A stretch of 64,000 nucleotides of DNA from Arenicellales bacterium. GTDB taxonomy: Bacteria; Pseudomonadota; Gammaproteobacteria; Arenicellales; Poriferihabitantaceae. Each line of letters starts with the position of its first letter. Position 1 is the first letter of the stretch. A program made the translations under genes and the position numbers. Location: positions 138,192-202,191 of the forward strand of contig CBDDOO010000002.1 of assembly GCA_965231905.1 (NCBI GenBank), read 5' to 3'. Below are positions 57,078 to 64,000 of the stretch, piece after piece. The notes under the pieces were generated by a model, which was not told the DNA's origin, made no database searches, and saw only the letters and a list, made by a program, of their open reading frames with translations.

Positions 57078-59728
57078 ATATCCCGTGCGGAGGGGACTCT
57101 CTCGGTGGCGCCACACGCTCAGATGGCGCCATAATCGAGTCATGCATCGGGTTTATGAATACCGTCGACAAATCGAAAGAAATGGCAAAAAAGCTGCAAG
57201 CAGAAACAGTACGAAATTGGGTGCAAAAGTGGATGAAAGACAATCGCGCTGATCAGGAGACAGCCCATTACCAACTTGAGCATCTTGATGCATCCAGCAA
57301 TGTTACTGCCCGGGAAAATGCAAAAAGCCGACTGGCCGCCGCCAATTCAGAGAGTCCTCATGCTGTCCTTAATGTGGGCATCTTCGGGGAGGGAACAGAT
57401 GCCCCATCACTCAGTGCCGTAGCCTTTCTTGAATCAAGAAAGAGCCCGATTGATGTAATCCAGGCGGTTGGACGAGCGATACAGGCCGATGGGTGTACGA
57501 TAGGCGCCCTCATCATGATGAACGCCGCCATGCTTCACCAACGTATTGCAACCGGGAAATGGTTGCCCGGAATAACAGGCATGGCTGAAATCAAGAATAA
57601 AGCAAATATCGCCAAGCAGATATTGCGGCAATGGCACATGATTTCGATACATGACTTTCTTCCCATTCTGAAGCCGGCGATTGAAGTGATTGAGAAAATT
57701 GAGGACACCGGAAAATTGGCTGGACTTGAACGCGCGTTGCATCACATTACTACCGAGGCGGAGCGTATCGCTGAGACTTATGCGGATATGGGCGCCGACC
57801 ATGCTGGACTGTTATTCAACAAGGTCATGGGAAATCAGGATTCTGACGGCGCTTTTTTTACTCGGCCAGTCGCGGCCGCAATCGCTGCTCGCATCACACT
57901 CGATATGCTCGGCGATACGAAGTGGAGCAACCCGGATAGCTGGAAAAACCACAAGATCGTGGACCTTGCTTGCGGTAGCGGTACTTTGCTGGCTGCCACC
58001 ATGACTGACATGAAACGTCGTGCTAAAGAACAAGGCGCTGACGAAGCATCCCTTGCTCAGCTCCAGAAGATTGCTGTTGAAGAAACTATCAAGGGGTTGG
58101 ATATCAATCCGGTATCGATGCAATTGGCGGCTTCCCAGCTAACGGCGGGCAATCACGAAATACGCTATCGCCGCATGGGGTTACACCTGATGCCTTATGG
58201 GCATGATGCCAGCAGTCCCTGGAAAGTGCCTGTGGGAACCCTTGAGCTTATTGGGCAACGATCTATTGTGCCCAAAGGTAACGATCTATTCCGGGAAGAT
58301 CGGGTGGCTGAATCAAACATTGTGTGGGATCAACCAAACGATTCTGTTTTTGAAGATGCCGTGGAAGCGGTCAAGGATGCAAGTATCGTCATTATGAATC
58401 CACCTTTCACCAATAGATCGAAGATGGGGGAGAAGTTCGCCAAAGGCATCCAGAAGAAAATGCGGGAAAAAACGGACCGTCTGGAACAGCTTCTGATCGA
58501 CAACGACATGGAAATGGTAAATTTTATGGACAAGAATTCAATTGGTCCTCTATTCGTGGCTCTCGCTGACCGGTGTGTAAACTCCTCAAGCGGAATTTTG
58601 GCAATGGTGAATCCAACTATAGCTTTGGTCAGCACATCTGGACAGCATGAACGTGTAATTCTCGCGCAACGTTTCCACATACACACTGTAATTTCCTGCC
58701 ATCTGCCGGGGCAGATCAATCTGAGTCAGAATACCTCAATCAATGAGAGCATAGTAATTGCACGGCGGCCCAATGGTCAAAGAGTGCCCACAAAGTTCAT
58801 AAATCTTGACAGATTCCCGAAAAACGAAGCAGAAGTTGAAGACCTGCATCAAGGTCTTATGGATTGCTCTACCGGACTTATTCCAAATGGTTGGGGAGAA
58901 GTATCCGAATGGCCGATAGAACGGATTGAGGCAGGCGATTGGAGTGCTGCAATCTGGCGCTCCCCTACTCTTGCCGAATCAGCGACCACATTCGCGAATC
59001 ATGACCGGTTAATCAGGTTGCGCGACCTGGGGATGACACCCGCGGCCACAGGCCAACAGTTGCGAGGCGCCTTCGAGCCATCGACATCTGATTCGCTCGG
59101 TAGTTTCCCCATACTTAAATCCAAATCGGCGGACGCGCAAGTAAAAATTCAGAGCACACCGGACGAATACTGGATTCCGAAGAAAAAGTCCGAATTCGGG
59201 TTCACAGCCAAGGATGATGGATGCCCGAAGGTAGACAGAATTCTGCAAAAGGCCGGTTATCTGCTGATCACCGCTGGTCAACGTAACAGTTCGGCTCGAT
59301 TGACTGCTGTCGCGAATGATGAAAAATATGTGGGTAATGGCTGGATGCCGGTTACCGGGCCAGACCCGCAGGAAGCGAAGGCTATCGCAATTTTTCTGAA
59401 TTCGACAGTGGGGCGACTGCAAATCATGAGAAAGCCGGGTAAGACACTGGAATTCCCTGTATACAGCGCTGCGGAGACGAAAGAAATCAGAGTGCCAGAT
59501 CTCCGTGAAAAGAATATTCTTCGCATTCTTCTCAACTGTTGGGAGCGCACATCAGGGATGGTTGTCCCACAATTTCGAGACGGAGAATGTGATGTACGGA
59601 GGATTTGGGATGAGGCGGTAGCCGAAGCTCTGGGTTGGGACGCTGATGAACTGGCAAGGTTGCGTCAATTACTACACAGAGAGCCGCATGTTCGCGGACT
59701 GGGGTATAATCAATATGGCGATGGGTAG
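57071..59728 (+). pseudogene. 5'-truncated SF2 helicase / N6-adenine methyltransferase fusion (type ISP-like restriction-modification protein)
   Basis: The tracked ORF is 57155..59728, and the frame is open back to 57071. It starts inside helicase motifs V-VI (VLNVGIFGEGTDAPSLSAVAFLESRKSPIDVIQAVGRAI), with no Walker A or DExH upstream. MTase motif I is VDLACGSGTLLAA and motif IV is VIMNPPF. Confidence 0.65.
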
Positions 59729-59755
59729 GAGGATAGAGGTCTTGCGCCACTATCT

Positions 59756-60364
59756 CTAATCCGGGGAATGTTGATCAATCTCTGTATGAAGTTTGTTCAA
59801 GGAGGATAATACCTTGTCCCTCAATTCCAGAGCTATGACTCGCGTAAGTTTTTCCACATCTATGCCCTCATCATACGCCACTTCGTGTATTTTGTTATAC
59901 AGATCAATATGATTCTCCTTTAATTCCTGTAGCAGTTCTTCTCTGGATAATGAAAAACAGTATTCTTGTATCTGGTACGCATTAAGCTCTTTGACAGCGT
60001 GAGTTGCTCTGTCTATTTGCATTTCTGCTATCTCTGAAGCGCTGATTTTTTGAGATAGATTTTTTCCATAATCAGTCAAGGATATCGGACTGGTGACTCT
60101 TTCAAGTGGCTCTCCGGGTAGTCGTTTGAATATCTCTTTTATATCCTCACTGATTCTATCCAATTTATTGGATAGACCTGTTGTAAGAGTTTCCAGCCCA
60201 CCCAATCGGGTTTCTGTCTTCTCTATCCTGTGCTCTATCCCGGAATGCCATTTTGATACGCGCCATAGTAAAATCGCTCCGCCGACAATTACCCAGGCTA
60301 AAGGATTCCCGATAATTTCGAGTATTATTGAAAGGGAACCTGAATCCTGTTGAGTAATTCTCAT
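59756..60364 (-). CDS. hypothetical membrane-anchored coiled-coil protein
   Basis: 202 aa. One N-terminal TM segment (LAWVIVGGAILLW), followed by heptad-like charged sequence. Low GC. I recognise no family. Confidence 0.5.
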   Translation of the reverse strand: MRITQQDSGSLSIILEIIGNPLAWVIVGGAILLWRVSKWHSGIEHRIEKTETRLGGLETLTTGLSNKLDRISEDIKEIFKRLPGEPLERVTSPISLTDYGKNLSQKISASEIAEMQIDRATHAVKELNAYQIQEYCFSLSREELLQELKENHIDLYNKIHEVAYDEGIDVEKLTRVIALELRDKVLSSLNKLHTEIDQHSPD

Positions 60365-60753
60365 CTTATCTCCTTAATCTGTTCAATCTGAGTGAATTGT
60401 CAATGGCGCGATCTGTTAACCGAAACATTGATTGACAAAACCTGATTTTTTGGCAATGTCTATACTACAGTCAGTCAGATGATAACATGATGAGCAAGAG
60501 AACCGCCAAAACATTATCCCTGAATGAGACAAGTCCCGCACAAGCCGGAATCCACAGTTATCGGGCAGGCGCGGAGACCCGCCCTGCATCGTTCGGGCAG
60601 GAGTTAGTTACTAAGCGTTTGGACAACACTCTGGTTTTTGACGGAATCCCCGGAAAAGACTATAATCCGGGAGCTTTCCACCATGTGGCGGCCTTATGAC
60701 GCGCACATGCCCTGACTTTCAGATAATTTTATATTCTCAGTGACGAGGACATT

Positions 60754-60936
60754 ATGGCTGTACAAAAAAATCGTAAAACACCATCAAAGCGTGGTATGCG
60801 CCGCTCTCACGATGGTCTCAAAAAACCAACCGTGTCGATTGATCCGGTTACCGGAGAAGAGCACAGGCGTCATCATATTACTGCCGATGGCTATTATCGC
60901 GGGAAGAAAGTGGTCGAGATCAGAGCTGGAAGTTGA
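60754..60936 (+). CDS. rpmF: 50S ribosomal protein L32
   Basis: 60 aa. [20 protein letters not shown]. Confidence 0.95.
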   Translation: MAVQKNRKTPSKRGMRRSHDGLKKPTVSIDPVTGEEHRRHHITADGYYRGKKVVEIRAGS

Positions 60937-61010
60937 CATTCCATTTTGTACGCGGAACACCTTGCCAGGGTGGCTTGTGTCGTAACTCCGGCATTTACAG
61001 CTTCCGGTAG

Positions 61011-62024
61011 ATGACCACTCTCTCCATTGATGCCATGGGAGGCGATAATGGCCTGGATGTCACAGTCCCCGCGGCGTTCGATATTCTGAAGGCGCATCAG
61101 GATGTTGAGTTGATTCTGGTCGGGAACCGGGACCGGATTGCCACAGAGATCAACAACCATCGTGATCGTCGTAACTGCATCGACGACCGGATCACGATCC
61201 AGCATGCTACAGAAGTGGTGACCATGGATGAGCATCCGACTTCCGCCGTTCGCAGGAAAAAGGATTCTTCGATGCGGGTGGCCATCAATCTGGTCAAGGA
61301 GGGCGTATCGGATGGATGTATAAGCTCTGGCAATACCGGCGCGTTGCTGGCCGTCGCGCGGTTCGTGTTGAGAACCATTCCGGGAATCAATCGTCCTGCA
61401 ATCTGTGCGCCGTTGCCCCGTCGTGACGGCCAGACATGGATGCTTGATCTGGGAGCGAATGTGGATACTACTCCGGAAATCCTGCTGCAGTTCGGCATAA
61501 TGGGAGCGCAGTTGGTGCGCTGCCTGAATGGAAATGCGAATCCGAGTGTGGGATTGTTGAATATCGGGGTGGAGGAAATGAAAGGCTCCGACATGATCAA
61601 GTCTACCGCGGAGCTATTCAAAAAAAGCCAACTGAACTATTCGGGCTTTGTCGAGGCGGATGAGATTTATCTGGGGAAAACCGACCTGGTAGTATGCGAC
61701 GGCGTTCTCGGAAATGTCGCGTTGAAGGCCTCTGAAGGGGTCGCGCAAATGATCATGAGTGTGATCAAGGAGGAGTTTACCCGCAATATCGTGACCAGAG
61801 GAGCGGGATTGCTGGCTACCCCCGGATTGAAAGCGGTTAAAGCGCGCCTGGATCATCGCCGATTCAACGGCGCCAGTTTTTTAGGGTTGCGGGGTACAGT
61901 GGTTAAATCCCACGGCGGAACCGACCGGTTCGGTTTTCGTCATGCGATCGAGGTCGCTATCGAAGCAGTCGAAAATAATCTGGTAGAACAAATTCAATTC
62001 GCGTTGGCGGAAACCTTGCATTGA
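61011..62024 (+). CDS. plsX: phosphate acyltransferase
   Basis: 337 aa. IDAMGGD N-terminus and position after rpmF. Confidence 0.92.
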   Translation: MTTLSIDAMGGDNGLDVTVPAAFDILKAHQDVELILVGNRDRIATEINNHRDRRNCIDDRITIQHATEVVTMDEHPTSAVRRKKDSSMRVAINLVKEGVSDGCISSGNTGALLAVARFVLRTIPGINRPAICAPLPRRDGQTWMLDLGANVDTTPEILLQFGIMGAQLVRCLNGNANPSVGLLNIGVEEMKGSDMIKSTAELFKKSQLNYSGFVEADEIYLGKTDLVVCDGVLGNVALKASEGVAQMIMSVIKEEFTRNIVTRGAGLLATPGLKAVKARLDHRRFNGASFLGLRGTVVKSHGGTDRFGFRHAIEVAIEAVENNLVEQIQFALAETLH

Positions 62025-62063
62025 TGCAGTTTACCGGCCATTAGTGATCGCACTCACGGACAG

Positions 62064-63032
62064 ATGAATTACTCTCGAATCATCGGTACGGGCAGCTATC
62101 TGCCGGAAAAGGTATTGACCAATTCCGGGCTTGAGAAAATGGTTGAAACCAATGATACCTGGATTCAATCGAGGACCGGCATCCGGGAGCGAAGAATTGC
62201 GGCGGAAAATGAATTCACCTGTGATCTGGCCGAGCGGGCGGCGTTGGCCGCGATTGAATCCGCAGGCATATCAAACCAGGAAATCGACCTGATTGTGGTC
62301 GCTACGACCACTGCGGATCAGGTCTTCCCAAGCACGGCCTGCCTGTTGCAGCATCGGCTCGGAATTGAAGGCCCGCCTGCATTTGACGTACAGGCGGTAT
62401 GTGCCGGATTCATGTTCGCGGTCGATATCGCAGACAAGTTTATTCGCACAGGGAGCGCTAAAACCGCATTGGTAACAGGGGCCGAGACTTTTTCCCGGAT
62501 TATCGACTGGACAGACCGAAGAACCTGTGTGTTGTTTGGAGACGGCGCCGGCGCCGTGGTATTGCGCAGGGATAACCAGCCCGGAATTTTATCCACCCAC
62601 CTGCATAGTGACGGCAAGTACAAGGATCTGCTGTGTGTTCCGGCGGGTGTGTCCAGGAATTACCAGACGGTCTGGTCCGGCAATGCATTTACGACCATGG
62701 AAGGGAGTGAGGTATTTCGCTGGGCGGTGAAGGCATTGAGTGATATTGTTCAGGAAACACTGACGGCCAACAACATGGAGGTCGAACAACTGGATTGGCT
62801 GGTTCCCCACCAGGCTAACATCAGAATCATTAACGCAGTTGGAAAGCGTGCCCGCATTCCGTCCGAGAAGGTGGTGGTGACGATCGAGCGGCACGGCAAC
62901 ACCTCTGCCGCATCGATTCCCCTGGCGCTGGATGAGGCGGTACGGGACGGGAGGATCCGGCCAGGACATCATGTTTTGATCGAGGGATTCGGCGGAGGCT
63001 TCACCTGGGGTTCGGCCATGATCAGAATTTAG
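62064..63032 (+). CDS. fabH: beta-ketoacyl-ACP synthase III
   Basis: 322 aa. [20 protein letters not shown], active-site CAGF, HQAN, GNTSAAS. Confidence 0.93.
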   Translation: MNYSRIIGTGSYLPEKVLTNSGLEKMVETNDTWIQSRTGIRERRIAAENEFTCDLAERAALAAIESAGISNQEIDLIVVATTTADQVFPSTACLLQHRLGIEGPPAFDVQAVCAGFMFAVDIADKFIRTGSAKTALVTGAETFSRIIDWTDRRTCVLFGDGAGAVVLRRDNQPGILSTHLHSDGKYKDLLCVPAGVSRNYQTVWSGNAFTTMEGSEVFRWAVKALSDIVQETLTANNMEVEQLDWLVPHQANIRIINAVGKRARIPSEKVVVTIERHGNTSAASIPLALDEAVRDGRIRPGHHVLIEGFGGGFTWGSAMIRI

Positions 63033-63092
63033 CCGCCGGTCCCGAGAGGCGAATTACGAGTGAATAGCGATTGAAAACAGCAGACGAGTCCA

Positions 63093-63842
63093 ATGGAAAA
63101 TCTGTTAAAAGGTAAGGTTTGTCTGGTGACAGGCGCCACCCGGGGAATCGGCAGGGCGATTGCCGGTTCATTCTTCGAGCAGGGCGCTATTGTTTACGGG
63201 ACTGCGACGACCGAACAGGGCGCCGAATCGATTTGCGAATACTTCGACCAGCGGGGGGCGGGTGGTCAGGGCTGCAAACTCGATGTCAGGAATGATGAAC
63301 AGGTTAATGAACTGGTAGCTATGATCACACAGAAATCAGGCAGCCCCGACATACTGGTCAACAATGCCGGTATCACTCGTGACAATCTGTTATTGAGAAT
63401 GAAGGAATCGGAATGGGATGACATTATGGACGTCAATCTGAGATCGGTTTATACCTTGTGCAAAGCCTGTGTGCGAGGCATGGTCAAGGCTCGCCGCGGA
63501 AGGATAATCAATATTACCTCGGTAATCGGATTGATCGGGAACGCGGGCCAATCGAATTATGCGGCGGCCAAGGCGGGGCTGATCGGCTTTTCAAAATCTC
63601 TTGCCCGGGAGGTCGCTTCCCGGAACATTACGGTGAATTGCCTTGCGCCCGGATTCATCGAAACCGATATGACGGAAGGATTGACGGATGACCAACGCAA
63701 TTCAATCATACAGAATATACCGTTAGCCAGATTGGGGTCGCCCGAAGATATCGCTTCCGCCGCCGTTTTCCTGGCCTCGGACATGGGGGGATATATCACC
63801 GGAGAAACCCTTCACGTCAATGGTGGAATGTATATGGATTGA
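63093..63842 (+). CDS. fabG: 3-oxoacyl-ACP reductase
   Basis: 249 aa. VTGATRGIGRAI, NNAGITRD, YAAAKAG, and C-terminal HVNGGMYMD. Confidence 0.92.
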   Translation: MENLLKGKVCLVTGATRGIGRAIAGSFFEQGAIVYGTATTEQGAESICEYFDQRGAGGQGCKLDVRNDEQVNELVAMITQKSGSPDILVNNAGITRDNLLLRMKESEWDDIMDVNLRSVYTLCKACVRGMVKARRGRIINITSVIGLIGNAGQSNYAAAKAGLIGFSKSLAREVASRNITVNCLAPGFIETDMTEGLTDDQRNSIIQNIPLARLGSPEDIASAAVFLASDMGGYITGETLHVNGGMYMD

Positions 63843-64000
63843 TGAGTCAATAATTATTGGACTTGTTTCGGTCGATTGTTTACTATCGCATCTGTCCAAA
63901 AAGATCAAATTCCTGATTTTTTCATACATCGGATTCCTTGAAGGTCCGGGTCAGGTATGTCTGTGATGTCAGGTTGTAACCCATTACTTATTTATTTGGA

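Noticed and set aside
60487-60699. 70-aa ORF upstream of rpmF as a genuine gene or definite yceD remnant
   Set aside because: Similarity to the YceD C-terminus is limited to a few residues. I report it only as a question in the findings, not as a feature.

Overview
This 64-kb chromosomal segment has gammaproteobacterial-type synteny and fairly high GC. Conserved gene groups include radC/coaBC, rnfB-like/nth, argS-SPOR-hemCDXY, mutM and rpmF-plsX-fabH-fabG. It is interrupted by several acquired or rearranged segments. Core content: pheA; a soxB-soxD-soxA operon of the heterotetrameric sarcosine-oxidase type in which alpha and gamma are fused; cobO; gloB; a ~1700-aa Calx-beta autotransporter preceded by a perfect (CCAG)24 tract; an ArsS-like radical SAM gene; malic enzyme; and an Fe(3+) ABC importer with a Fur-box promoter. 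Mobile content: three IS5-family copies (one splits a peroxiredoxin-like gene after codon 4, two sit in tandem inside a biosynthetic gene); an IS110-family element between REP-like palindromes; an rve-type transposase; an IS427/IS1031-like element with an A8 frameshift site; and an internally deleted IS256. Accessory content: a ~4.6-kb restriction/defence islet (PD-ExK REase + m6A MTase + DUF262/DUF1524 GmrSD-like) bounded by a diverged 248-bp duplication of the fbpC 3' end. There is also an ~11.9-kb AT-rich island bounded by a 35-bp repeat of the mutM 3' end. It carries a decaying cluster for an amino-acid-derived (opine-type) metabolite and is followed by a 5'-truncated helicase-methyltransferase. 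No tRNA, rRNA or CRISPR array was seen by eye. All calls come from reading the sequence and the ORF translations. No database search was run, so family names are recognition-based.
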